From contig CBDDDZ010000003.1 in NCBI GenBank assembly GCA_965226795.1, positions 512,001 through 576,000 on the forward strand: a stretch of DNA of 64,000 bases. The letters are read 5' to 3'. Every line of letters begins with the position of its first letter. The stretch's first letter is position 1. The translations under genes were made by a program, and so were the position numbers. Source of the DNA: Candidatus Latescibacterota bacterium (GTDB taxonomy: Bacteria; Latescibacterota; UBA2968; GCA-2709665). A model generated the notes under the pieces. That model saw nothing but the letters and a program-made list of their open reading frames with translations, made no database searches and was not told the origin of the DNA. Positions 42,594 through 52,696 of this stretch are shown one piece after another.

Positions 42594-42799
42594 GGGGGGT
42601 TTTTCCGTGTTCATCCGACCAGCACCGTAGTATTGGTACAGTTAAGGAGCCTGTAGGCCACCCAATTTCCGCTTATGCCCCTGAGGTGATTCACGGAAAA
42701 ACCGGCTCCGCGCCGAGCGGCCTGCCTGCGCCGAGCCGTGCTCGGCAGGCAGGCGCGGTTCTTTTTGGTCCTTTTTCTTACGCGAATAAGAAAAAGGAC
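42594..42799 (+). repeat. Structured dispersed element copy A6
   Basis: CCGTG/CACGG stem, 82-nt loop, insert; pseudoknot helix changed compensatorily to CGCG/CGCG. Confidence 0.9.
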
Positions 42800-43116
42800 G
42801 AAGAGGAAAAAAGTTGAAGTGAGAGGTAAAGTCTGTGTTGCCCCGAACGCAGTTCCAAAAAAATAGCCGTGAGAGGGAAGATGGGAAAAGTAAGAGGACC
42901 ACACCGCACTCGCGCTCCTCTAAGCGATTCTTTTCAAACTGAATATTGCGAGAATCCGATTGCGGACGCCTCACCTGTCAAAGTTGCCAACACCTCTATC
43001 GTCTTCCCTCTCACGGCCTCTCGAAAAAGGGCAAGGGAATAGGGGACGTCAGGGGGTGGGGAAGATTCTAACTTACCTGTGGCGAAACATGAGCGTTTCG
43101 ACAAGTCCAATAGTGA

Positions 43117-44361
43117 TCATCCACCACCAAATTCCGAAGCAAAGATCAGGAAATCGGGAAAATCAACCTCTCCATTGTCGTTCAAATCGAACCTGGTTTC
43201 GAAGTCATCGTCACTGGCTGTGCTGCCAAACGTGGAGGCAAATGCCACGAAATCGCTGAAATCCACCACACAATCGCCATTGAAATCCGCCGCGCTGCCC
43301 ACGAACGCAATGCTCGCCGGCGGCAAGCCCGTGCTGATCGGACCGGCCAGAAGTTCATCCGTATTCACGTCGTAGATCTTCACGCCGGCGGAAGCCGGAT
43401 CGACGTGACTCCCCTGATCCAGAATGTACAACCGCGAACCGAATACGCCCAGGCCGGGCACAAATCCGCCGGAAAGACCGTCCAGTCCTTGAGATGCAGT
43501 TTGCGCCGTTAAATTGAGGCGCTTGACGGTATTGACGAATTTTTCGTCGGTAACCACGGCATACCCATCATTATCGGAAGTCATCGCTAAAGAGCCCAGG
43601 TTGCCGCCCGCAGTCGCCTCATCAAGCACGATACCTTCGCTCCTTCGATTCTCCAGATCGATCACCTCAATGCCGCCGTCCGTCAAATCGGTGTACGTAT
43701 TAACCGCGCTCAAGAACCACTTACTACCTCGCTGTGCTGCCCCCGCGAGATTCCTGCTGTTCATTACAATCCCCTGCACGCCCTCGGTATCCGCATCCGC
43801 GTCCACCAATAGGTCTGTTGCCACGTCAACAATCGCGATCACCGAAATATCCGTCGGCGCCCATTCTTTCTCCCTATCCAGCCGATGACATGCTGCGAAC
43901 AAATGACTCCCGTATAGGGCCAGTTGAGATACTTCCGGCAGACCGTCCGCATCCGCGAACGCGGATAAATCGACCGAACCCAACGAATCGCCCGAAACGG
44001 GATTTACGATGAGCAAATGCGTTCGTCCAAATCGCGAAATATAGGCTTTCTCTTCGCTGACAAAGGCGATGTCGTGGGGATTCGAGCCGTTTCCTGTCGA
44101 ATACTGCGTCAACGGTGTCGCCAGATCGTCGCGACTCAAAACAATCACATTGTCCTGTCCCAGGCGATTGAGAATATACACCTTGCCGCGATACGTACGA
44201 ACCACGGCATCCGCATGGATCGTCAGATGATCGTTGGTTGCCGTATGCGTGCCAAGATCCAGGCTCGACAGACTGCCGCTGCTGTAAGCCGTTGTGGTAA
44301 TAACCGCCTGATTCGCCAGTGCATCGGTTGCAAGAAACAGAACCATCAGAAACCACCTCAT
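43117..44361 (-). CDS. Secreted YncE/BtuG-like beta-propeller with C-terminal dockerin-like EF-hand pair
   Basis: NPHDIAFVSEEKAYIS blade motif; DFNGDCVVDFSDF, DLNDNGEVDFPDF; follows the TonB receptor. Confidence 0.75.
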   Translation of the reverse strand: MRWFLMVLFLATDALANQAVITTTAYSSGSLSSLDLGTHTATNDHLTIHADAVVRTYRGKVYILNRLGQDNVIVLSRDDLATPLTQYSTGNGSNPHDIAFVSEEKAYISRFGRTHLLIVNPVSGDSLGSVDLSAFADADGLPEVSQLALYGSHLFAACHRLDREKEWAPTDISVIAIVDVATDLLVDADADTEGVQGIVMNSRNLAGAAQRGSKWFLSAVNTYTDLTDGGIEVIDLENRRSEGIVLDEATAGGNLGSLAMTSDNDGYAVVTDEKFVNTVKRLNLTAQTASQGLDGLSGGFVPGLGVFGSRLYILDQGSHVDPASAGVKIYDVNTDELLAGPISTGLPPASIAFVGSAADFNGDCVVDFSDFVAFASTFGSTASDDDFETRFDLNDNGEVDFPDFLIFASEFGGG

Positions 44362-44487
44362 TAAATCTTCCCCTCCGGTTACAAGTAAATAAACGACCAC
44401 TTGATTCGTGGTATTCGCCCGATAAGCCGGCTTCAGTTGAAAAGGGCCGATCCGCCTCGCGGACCTGCCTTCTCCTGTCTTCCATGC

Positions 44488-46683
44488 CTATTCCGTGTTC
44501 ACACTCACAAAAAACGCGCGTCCCGGCAGCGGGTAACCCCAGGTATCGGCGATTTGCGCACCGGATATATTTTTGGCCTCAAATCCGATTTTAAACCGCC
44601 GCCCGGTATCCACTTTTACGCCCGCGTTGTAAACGTGTCGCGCCGACAGAGGCCGTCGATTCGCCTGGTCGAGAAAGCTGTTGCCCTCCAGGCTGTAGTC
44701 GTAGGTCACCGTACAGCGTCCCAGCCGCGCCGTTGCCCGGGCAAACAGCGCGTGGGGCGGACGATTGGGCAAAACGTTGCCATTCAAATAGGGAATGTCC
44801 GATCGGTCCCTGGCATCTTGAAACGTGTAATTCCCGGACAGGTTGAAGCGGGGACCGAAGCGCTTTCGCGCGGTTATTTCGAGCCCGTACACCCGCGCAC
44901 TGCCAATGTTGACGGGGCGCGACGTGGCTTGCGACGTGTGGACAAACTGGATCAGGTCTTCATAGCGGTGATCGAAAAACGCCAGTTCCAACGTGGTTGT
45001 CCCATCCGAATAACGCAGGCCACCATCCCACGCGAATCCGTATTCGGGCCGGAGATTGACGTTGCCCACCACACCGCCGCGGTCGCCAAAAAGCTCGAAG
45101 AAAGAGGGCACCCGGAACACACGCCCCGCATTGGCCTTGAACGCCAGGTGCGATGCCAGATCCAGACGCACGCCCGAGCGCACGGTGGTGAGATTTCGCG
45201 TATTTGCGGAATCGGGCGCAAGCGGCGAAAAGTCAAAGGGATTGGCGCCGGTATAAGAACTGTGTATCCGGCGTTGTTCGGCATTCAACGACCACACGCC
45301 GACTTTTTCGGGTAATGAAACATCGATGCCGGCGCGCGCGGACAACGTCCATCGCCGGCTGTCGAACAAATTGGCGATGGTTCGGATCCGCGTTGTGGGC
45401 ACATAGGCCTCCCGGCGCAAACCAATCACGGCCGCGATATCGCAGCGCGAAAACAGAACCGTCTGCAAACGGCTCCGCCACCCAAAAGTGCGCGTGCGAT
45501 AATCGTTATCCTGGCGACCCGTTCCAACTTCGCCGTCGAGATCGCGGAAGCGTTCATTGGTGTGGGTGACATAGAGCGATTGACGCGTACCCAGGCCGTT
45601 CGATAGCGCCCGATTTTCGTATGTTACTTCGGTCATGGTCCGGAAGGCATCCAGCTGCGCGTTCCGCGACTGATTGTTGCTGATGCCGGGCATGCCCTGG
45701 TATTTCCAGTACGCCGTTTCGTGGATGGAAACATTACTGTTTCTCCCCAGAGCGCGGCGCCAGTTGCCCAGCAGGTTGAGAGATCGGTGTTCGTTGTTCC
45801 GGCGCCGGCTCCAGACGTCGTCATCGGCATTGTATTCAGTTCCGTTGTCGTCCAGGAAGCCGAAATCGTTATCGCTTTGCGCATAGTCGGCCACAACGAG
45901 AAACTCCGACTGACCGAGCGCTCCCGCGACCACGCTGCTGAGTAATCGTGTATCAAAAGCTCCCCACGAGCCTCGAACGCCGTGTCGCCATCGTCTTTGC
46001 GGCGGGCGCGTGCGGACGTGCACCGTGCCGCCCAGTCCGTTGCCAACCGCGCCCGCGCCGCGATACACCTCGATCTGCCCGACGTGCGCCAGCGGCAAAT
46101 TGCCGAGGTCTACGCCTCCGCCAAAGGCGGCGTTCAACAGAATGCCGTCGAGATAGACCTCGACCTGATCGCCGGATGAACCCCGCAGTGAGAGCGTGCT
46201 GAAAGCGCCCAACCCACCCAGGCGCTTAATGTGTACACCCGTGGCTTCGGCCAATACATCGGGCAGGGTCGTATCTCTGCCCTCGAAACTTTCGCGCGCA
46301 ATTACGGTTGCATACGCCGGATTCCTGTGAATATCGCCGGCTCCCATGGGATCGGCGATCACCGAGAATTCATCGAGGGGAAAGGCCCTGGGTGACAGCT
46401 CGATTGCGACGTCAGTCTTTCCTGTCACGAGGGAGGTGCGTTGCCCGGCCTGGTAGGCGATATGCGTTATGGCGAGGGAGTAGTCGCCGGGCGTCAGATC
46501 AGAAAAAGCGAAATGACCACGGTCATCCGTCTTGGTCGCAAGATCGTCGTTGAGAATGCGGACACTCGCGTTGGCGATGGGCATTCGCGTCTCCGCATCG
46601 GTGACACGGCCGGCAATCTCCGCCGCCTGAAGCGGCGTACTTGCACAGAGAATCAGGAATATCACGGCTCGTATCGTTTGCAT
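44488..46683 (-). CDS. btuB: TonB-dependent receptor, probable cobalamin receptor
   Basis: N-terminal carboxypeptidase-regulatory-like domain; plug LRGSSGDQVEVYLDG, IEVYRG; NLRPE; YPLPGR end; riboswitch-led. Confidence 0.88.
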   Translation of the reverse strand: MQTIRAVIFLILCASTPLQAAEIAGRVTDAETRMPIANASVRILNDDLATKTDDRGHFAFSDLTPGDYSLAITHIAYQAGQRTSLVTGKTDVAIELSPRAFPLDEFSVIADPMGAGDIHRNPAYATVIARESFEGRDTTLPDVLAEATGVHIKRLGGLGAFSTLSLRGSSGDQVEVYLDGILLNAAFGGGVDLGNLPLAHVGQIEVYRGAGAVGNGLGGTVHVRTRPPQRRWRHGVRGSWGAFDTRLLSSVVAGALGQSEFLVVADYAQSDNDFGFLDDNGTEYNADDDVWSRRRNNEHRSLNLLGNWRRALGRNSNVSIHETAYWKYQGMPGISNNQSRNAQLDAFRTMTEVTYENRALSNGLGTRQSLYVTHTNERFRDLDGEVGTGRQDNDYRTRTFGWRSRLQTVLFSRCDIAAVIGLRREAYVPTTRIRTIANLFDSRRWTLSARAGIDVSLPEKVGVWSLNAEQRRIHSSYTGANPFDFSPLAPDSANTRNLTTVRSGVRLDLASHLAFKANAGRVFRVPSFFELFGDRGGVVGNVNLRPEYGFAWDGGLRYSDGTTTLELAFFDHRYEDLIQFVHTSQATSRPVNIGSARVYGLEITARKRFGPRFNLSGNYTFQDARDRSDIPYLNGNVLPNRPPHALFARATARLGRCTVTYDYSLEGNSFLDQANRRPLSARHVYNAGVKVDTGRRFKIGFEAKNISGAQIADTWGYPLPGRAFFVSVNTE

Positions 46684-46686
46684 ACG

Positions 46687-47874
46687 CTATGGATCCAGCT
46701 TTCGATAGTACTTGAGTTGGTGATCCGGGAGCAGGTCCGGGTGAAGGATCTTTATGAGATCAGCCAGCAGAACGTCCGGTTCGATCAGGCCCGTTTCCCA
46801 ATAGTCGTTACCGCCGTGCTCATTAAGGCGCGCATTGGCATTGAAGACATTTCCAGTTTTGATCGCCCTGAAGTTCCCGTAACGTTCATCCTCGGCCACG
46901 ACGTCGTTGCGAGAACGCCACTCATTCCTCATCGTTATCCAGTATTCGGCATCGTGCGCCTCTTCGTAGACCGTTTCGAAATCCAGCGACAAACTCCGTT
47001 GCGATTCATTGTCCGCCCACAGGTAATCCGCGCCCGCCTCCTCGAGCAATTGCGCGGCATACGTTTTTCCGCCCGACATAAACCATGTCCCGCGCCATAG
47101 GGATCCCACGAAGACGGTGGGTCTTTTGTCTACCGGCAGATTCCGCGTCAACGCCTTGCGAACCCGATACCGGGCTACAACACTGTCGAATCGCGCGGCG
47201 GCCAATGCCTCCTTATTGAAAAAAACGCCTACGAATTTGAGCCACTCCACGCGTCCGAGCAGCGTCGGTTCGGCATAGGCGGCATTCACAACGGCGGTCA
47301 CCCCGGCCTGCTGCAGAGGGTGAAACGCATTATCCTGCGACGGCGCGTCGATGAAGACGATATCGGGCCGGAGCATGAGAACGCGCTCCATATCGATGGA
47401 TCTGCCCCTGCCGATTTCCGATATCCTGCCCGCTGTAAAACGCTGTTTGACGGCCTCTGAATTGACGAATTTGATGTTGTCGACCGCAACGAGGCTTTGA
47501 ACCTCATCCAGCTTTTCGATATGCGGCAGGTGCGTCGTGGACGTGGTTATCAGAGACCGTACGGGAATCCGTATCCTCGGAACCCCTTCAAAGCCATCGG
47601 GCGATTTCCGGCCGCGCTGTACCAGGACGTACCGAAGCGTTTCCCGCGTTCCGGACCCCGGCGCCAGGACGGACACGATCTTGTACCCATCGAAGTATTC
47701 AACGCCAAATCCCTCTGCATATTGCAAAGACAATTGGGCGGAGACAGGCATCGCCGCAACCCCGACCCCTATACAACAAAGCGTGTGTATCCATCTTCTC
47801 AGATTCACCACGACGAACACCCCCAGTTCCAAATCCACGCTCTGACGCCCCTCCCGGTTAGAAGTAAGACGCAA
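46687..47874 (-). CDS. btuF: Periplasmic cobalamin-binding protein (start uncertain)
   Basis: YAEGF.VEY, IPVRSLITTSTTH, LGRVEWLKF, GNDYWETG..EPD. Confidence 0.85.
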   Translation of the reverse strand: MRLTSNREGRQSVDLELGVFVVVNLRRWIHTLCCIGVGVAAMPVSAQLSLQYAEGFGVEYFDGYKIVSVLAPGSGTRETLRYVLVQRGRKSPDGFEGVPRIRIPVRSLITTSTTHLPHIEKLDEVQSLVAVDNIKFVNSEAVKQRFTAGRISEIGRGRSIDMERVLMLRPDIVFIDAPSQDNAFHPLQQAGVTAVVNAAYAEPTLLGRVEWLKFVGVFFNKEALAAARFDSVVARYRVRKALTRNLPVDKRPTVFVGSLWRGTWFMSGGKTYAAQLLEEAGADYLWADNESQRSLSLDFETVYEEAHDAEYWITMRNEWRSRNDVVAEDERYGNFRAIKTGNVFNANARLNEHGGNDYWETGLIEPDVLLADLIKILHPDLLPDHQLKYYRKLDP

Positions 47875-48008
47875 GACGCGAGTTCAGGCGCAGCTGACAC
47901 CTTGGCGCAGCGGGTAACCCGCCCCTTCTGCTTCTTGTGCTCGCTTCATTCGGTTATCCGGCGGTGATGGGTGGTCCTTTCACCTCTTACGTCTGGCCTC
48001 TCACCGCC

Positions 48009-48043
48009 AAAAAAAATCCCTGACTTCCTTGCGGAAATCAGGG
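48009..48043 (-). terminator. Intrinsic terminator in the riboswitch expression platform
   Basis: Minus strand CCCTGATTTCC-GCAA-GGAAGTCAGGG-ATTTTTTTT between aptamer and btuF. Confidence 0.8.
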
Positions 48044-48130
48044 TCATCGCTTTCACGATAGAAACCACATGGCCGAAGCGCATGTTATCTCAACCTTTTC
48101 CCGAATCCGCGAGGAATTTTCATGGTCTGA

Positions 48131-48278
48131 GATTCAGGCAGGTCTTCTGGCTCCTGGATCACCTGGTTCTCGCGCCTTCCCGGTTTTAACCAGTGGCATC
48201 GCGGCGAGAAACATCCCCAGTTACAGCGGCGGGACCGCAACGGATTTTAACCGTTTTCCCTATTTTGTAACCTGAATC
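48131..48278 (-). ncRNA. Cobalamin riboswitch
   Basis: Minus strand AGGGAAAACGGTTAAAATCCG, CCCGCCGCTGTAA, GCCACTGG...CCGGGAAGGC, B12 box AGCCAGAAGACCTGCC; closing GATTCAGG/CCTGAATC helix. Confidence 0.95.
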
Positions 48279-48561
48279 CGGAATTACTATGGCAATGTCG
48301 TGTTATCTAAATGTGGAAAATCCTCCCGTGAATGGCCCCTGTGGTGAATCGTGAGCCGACCCAACGAAGGCGAACCGTAATCTATGGATACGAAATATAC
48401 GCCGCTGATTCCATAACATCAAGAACTTTGTTTCTAATCGCTCAGTGTCTGGTCTGTTCGGGAACAGCACGTCTCCGGCTGTCGGCCTTCAAGGGTCGGA
48501 TTCCTGCAGCCATTCGGGTGTCTGCCGGCGAGTTGGCAACTGAGTGTTACTGGATGATGGG

Positions 48562-48738
48562 CTATAAGCCGGTGCTCGTGTCTACTGATGGTTCCTTATG
48601 TTCATCCAGTTTTAGTCCCGATTTTTCCTCAATATACGCAATCTGCTGTTTAGGAGTCATTCCTCTCATTTCTTCGCTCATACGATCACGGAGAGTCCTC
48701 ATAATTTGGACCGCGTTATTCTCCTGATTTGTCTTCAT
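48562..48738 (-). CDS. Small 58-aa protein, probable partner/antitoxin of the PIN toxin (not in ORF track)
   Basis: MKTNQENNAVQIMRTLRDRMSEEMRGMTPKQQIAYIEEK...; overlaps PIN gene end. Confidence 0.65.
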   Translation of the reverse strand: MKTNQENNAVQIMRTLRDRMSEEMRGMTPKQQIAYIEEKSGLKLDEHKEPSVDTSTGL

Positions 48739-49186
48739 AATAAACCTCCTGAGGAGAGCGAATCTCCAAGGGGGGATACCCCTGTTTCAAATTCACGGCG
48801 TTAAAAGCGCGAATGCGACTCCACTTGACGATGTGTTGGAAATTCCAACTAACCAGGATGTCTACTCGTTGAACCGTGGCAATCGCGATATGCTGCGCAT
48901 CTACGCGATGGGCATCGCCTACTACAGCGTCTTCAATATAGGCCTCCGAGAGCAATGTCGCTTCCTCATCCAGAAACACCCGCTCCGCGGACTCAAGAAC
49001 AGGGAGTTGCAAAAGAGATCGGAAGGCTTCCGGGGCTTGGCCCAGTTCAGCAAGGGTAACATTCGACAGTACAGCCTTAAATCTACCCACTTGAAAATTG
49101 AAAAAAAGACGCCTCGAATGCAGACGAAATTCATCATCCAAATATCCGCCGATGACGGATGTGTCGATGTACACTTTTGGAATCAT
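48716..49186 (-). CDS. PIN-domain (VapC-like) nuclease
   Basis: YIDTSVIGG, DAQHIAIA, LVSWNFQH. Confidence 0.9.
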   Translation of the reverse strand: MIPKVYIDTSVIGGYLDDEFRLHSRRLFFNFQVGRFKAVLSNVTLAELGQAPEAFRSLLQLPVLESAERVFLDEEATLLSEAYIEDAVVGDAHRVDAQHIAIATVQRVDILVSWNFQHIVKWSRIRAFNAVNLKQGYPPLEIRSPQEVYYEDKSGE

Positions 49187-49373
49187 AGGATCTCATCTTT
49201 ACAAGAAACCGATAGCTACTAACCAATTTACCCAAACGGTCTCCAGTTTGCCAACCCCTATCTCGGACCCTGAGCGTGTCGAAGGGCATCGAGGGGTGGC
49301 GACGGGTTGCCATATGCCAGACCGCCTGCGACAGCGCAGCGCAAACGCTGTTTCAGATGAAGTTATCGCAAAT

Positions 49374-49730
49374 TCAGGCTTGCAATGTTTGGACAGAATT
49401 GTACGTCAGTTCCCAGTGCTTCTCTCCCGGCCACTCCCGGTACTGAATGTCCGATCCGAAGCCACTCAGAGCGGCAACGAGTTCCTGTTCGGTCGGGAAA
49501 TTCTTGACGATATCGTACTCTTGTCCATCCGAGAGAACCCGCCGCTCAATGGTATCGCCGTGGGAATCGGCATGCCTTTGTGTGGCCATACTGTCAACTC
49601 TGGGAACGTCATATTCAAGTTGATCCGTAAACAGCACAAGCGCTCCAGGAATCAGCCTGCGGCGAAGTGATAGCAGAAACTCCCGCACACGGGATTTGGG
49701 GATGTGCGACCACCGCCAGACAGCGAACGC
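49374..49730 (-). pseudogene. C-terminal remnant of a class I SAM methyltransferase
   Basis: WSHIP...FL..L...L.PGALVLFTD and DIVKNFPT; SAM-binding N-half absent. Confidence 0.55.
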
Positions 49731-49789
49731 TTCCAGGATGCCGCGACCCGCCAGGTATGAGCACAATTGCAGGCTGAAGGCACGTATCT

Positions 49790-49914
49790 TTGCTCCTGTC
49801 GCTGGTCAGGAGGCCCCCATCGAAAGCGGCTTCCAGCCTTTTTCCAAAAAGACTTGCGAAAAGGAAGCTGTGATGATCAATTTGAGCTCCCACTGTAGTT
49901 TCCTCCAAGTTCAT
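49790..49914 (-). mobile_element. N-terminal remnant of an IS1380-family transposase
   Basis: FGKRLEAAFDGGLLTSD resembles IS1380 N-terminal motif; similarity ends abruptly. Confidence 0.55.
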
Positions 49915-49968
49915 TGTTATGGGTTATTTGCGTAACCATAATATAATACAATGACTTGGGTAAGGAAA

Positions 49969-50809
49969 CTACCTTTTTTTTGAATTATTCAGGTTAGACG
50001 TGTCCAGTCTGTTGAGTTGTTTGCCGAGTCGCTTTGCTAGCGTAGGGAACTCGCTGCCGAATAGGATGTAGCCTTTGCGAGTTACTGACTGCCCCGGTGC
50101 AATATTACCAAAAAGAGGTCTGCTATGCAGGCAATGATGACCGTCAGCGTTCTGAAAAGCCGATGTTGCACACTCATATCCCAACGCTATTGCCTTAGAC
50201 CTATCATAAGAAACGGCACCCAGGATGGCCGGTCGATCTATGGCCGTGTTGCTTCTTCCCCAGAACCATGCTGACCTATTGACCCATTCTTTTTCGTAGT
50301 CCATAAGGTCTGCATGATACGCGGTCCGAATATCTATAGTTCTGTGAAGATCGCCCATGCTTTCTGGCTTACCTTTCACCAGGATGTAGGATCGTTTGAC
50401 TTCATTTTGATCCAGAAAATCAGATGACTTTGCCTGGAGACATCCACCATCAGAAACGACGTCATAAAATATTGCGGATGACTGATTCGTGAGGGTCAAC
50501 GTCAATTCTACTCTGTCCTCGAGTCCGGACAACGCTGCTCTGAGAATAAGACCTGTTATAAAGTTGTGTCGAATGACCTTCCCTGAGGGATCCTTTTGAC
50601 GGTATGCCAACTGCTCTTTGATGTACTCAGGCGTTGTTTGCCATTCGTAAGCCCATGCATTGTCTCTTGTCTTGGTCCATTGAGGGCAGATCTTCTGCCA
50701 CATCATCGTCACACCATTCATCGACGTGATGACTTCTGGAAACTGGATGGACCACTTCAGATCCCAGTCCAGGTGATGAATATCAACGAATCGCGTTTTG
50801 ATAGGCTGT
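49969..50809 (-). pseudogene. Hypothetical protein, 5' end interrupted by IS1380
   Basis: Frame is open up to the IS edge and continues beyond the other edge to a GTG near 52733; lower GC. Confidence 0.6.
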
Positions 50810-50815
50810 ACTAGT

Positions 50816-52696
50816 CCTTAAACAAGCGTGATGGTGAGATTTTTCTGGTCCAAGAGACCGGAAAGGCCTACCGTTGTTGGAGATAGATGGATTGCGCTAG
50901 AAATCATCACTCCAACGCAGGAGACCTTTCCGGTGAAAAGAATATCGGTTGATGACAGCCGCAGGAACAGTGCTCGTCGCAAACGCAAAGTGGCCGCCCG
51001 CCACGGTCGAGCGGGGCATTGGCAGGCGCAGCCCCGGCCCATGTTCAGCCCTGGCAAAGTGCACTACGAGGTGGGCGCCTACACCGACGCGATGAGTTAC
51101 GGAGGCATCGGCGCCGTGCATCGCCTGGTCACCAAGCTGGGTCTGCCCAAGCGCATCGACGCGTCGCTGTCCCTGTTGAAGGTGCATCTGCCCTATCATG
51201 AGTCGGACCACGTACTAAACATCACATACAACGTGTTGTGCGGCGGCACGCGCCTGGAGGATATCGAGCGTTTTCGACATGACGGGGCCTACATGAATGC
51301 CCTGGGTGCTCAGTTGATTCCCGATCCGACCACGGCGGGTGACTTTTGCCGACGCTTCTCGGAACGGGACATCGTCGAACTGATGGCGTGCATCAACGCG
51401 GTGCGATCCTCCTTGTGGGCATCGCGTGGCCGCAAATTGCTTTGTGACATCACCTATATCGACGTGGACGGCACAAACGTGCCGACGTATGGAAAGCGCA
51501 AGAGGGGTATGGACATCTCTTACCAGGGCATCTGGGGCTACCATCCGCTGGTGATCTCACTGGCCAACACGAAGGAAGTGCTCTTCCTGGTCAACCGACC
51601 GGGGAATGTGCCCAGCCACACCGGTGCGGCACCCTGGATCGACGCGGCCTTGGCGCTGGTGCAGCCCCACGCCAAGCGCCTCTGTGTACGTGGCGACACC
51701 GACTTTTCCTTGACCCGACATTTTGATCGATGGGCGAAAAGCGTCGACTTCATCTTCGGGATGGACGCCAACGCGACGATGCGTTCCCGTGCTGAGGCCC
51801 TCGACGAGGCACAATGGCAGCCCCTGCAACGCAAACCCCGTTATCACACCGTGACCGACCAGAAGCGGAAGCGCAATCAGCCCCACGAGAAACAGCGCAT
51901 CGTCCGCAAACGGGCCTACGCCAACCTGGTCCTCAACCACGAACACGTGGCCGAGTTCAACTACCAACCCACGCGCTGTAAACGTGTGTATCGCGTCGTG
52001 GTCCTGCGCAAGAACATCAGTAAAATGAAGGGCGACCTTGTCCTGTTCGACGAATGCCGTTATTTCTTCTATATCACGACACGCACGGACGTAAGCCCCG
52101 CCGAGATCGTCGCCTGTGCCAACCAACGCTGCGATCAGGAGAACGTCATCGAGCAACTCAAAAACGGCGTCAACGCCTTGCGCGTGCCCCTGTATGACCT
52201 GGTCAGCAACTGGGCCTACATGGTCATCGCCGCGCTGGCCTGGAACCTCAAATCCTGGTTTGCCATGATGATGCACCGACACCTGGACCGACAGCAGTAC
52301 GTCCGCATGGAATTCCGGCGCTTCATCCACAGCATCATCTTGATTCCCTGCCACGTCATCCAACGCGCGCACACCACCACGTTGCGCCTCATCGGCTATC
52401 AACCCACCCTCGATCGCCTCTTCAGCACCTGGCGTATCATTGAACGCACCGGATTTGGATAACACCAATGCAGCACCACCGATGACACACACACGCCGCG
52501 CCATCCCCACACCCCTCAACGGACCGGTGTGTCCACCACGCGCCTGACCGCCACTTCGGATACTCAATTCACGATAGCGACCACGACAAACACCGCCCCA
52601 AAGATCATCCAAAACGCCAATTCCATATAAATCGACACCAACGCCTCACCACAAACACAGATCGATGTGCCGCACACGAAACTCGCTTATTTTAGG
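50816..52696 (+). mobile_element. Complete IS1380-family insertion sequence
   Basis: Terminal IRs CCTTAAACAAGCG / CCTAAAATAAGCG; flanked by ACTAGT at 50810-50815 and 52697-52702. Confidence 0.92.
50828..52462 (+). CDS. IS1380-family DDE transposase (start may be downstream GTG)
   Basis: PDPTTAGDFCRRF, IDVDGT, GYHPL, VRGDTDF, RCDQENVIEQLKNG. Confidence 0.93.
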   Translation: MMVRFFWSKRPERPTVVGDRWIALEIITPTQETFPVKRISVDDSRRNSARRKRKVAARHGRAGHWQAQPRPMFSPGKVHYEVGAYTDAMSYGGIGAVHRLVTKLGLPKRIDASLSLLKVHLPYHESDHVLNITYNVLCGGTRLEDIERFRHDGAYMNALGAQLIPDPTTAGDFCRRFSERDIVELMACINAVRSSLWASRGRKLLCDITYIDVDGTNVPTYGKRKRGMDISYQGIWGYHPLVISLANTKEVLFLVNRPGNVPSHTGAAPWIDAALALVQPHAKRLCVRGDTDFSLTRHFDRWAKSVDFIFGMDANATMRSRAEALDEAQWQPLQRKPRYHTVTDQKRKRNQPHEKQRIVRKRAYANLVLNHEHVAEFNYQPTRCKRVYRVVVLRKNISKMKGDLVLFDECRYFFYITTRTDVSPAEIVACANQRCDQENVIEQLKNGVNALRVPLYDLVSNWAYMVIAALAWNLKSWFAMMMHRHLDRQQYVRMEFRRFIHSIILIPCHVIQRAHTTTLRLIGYQPTLDRLFSTWRIIERTGFG

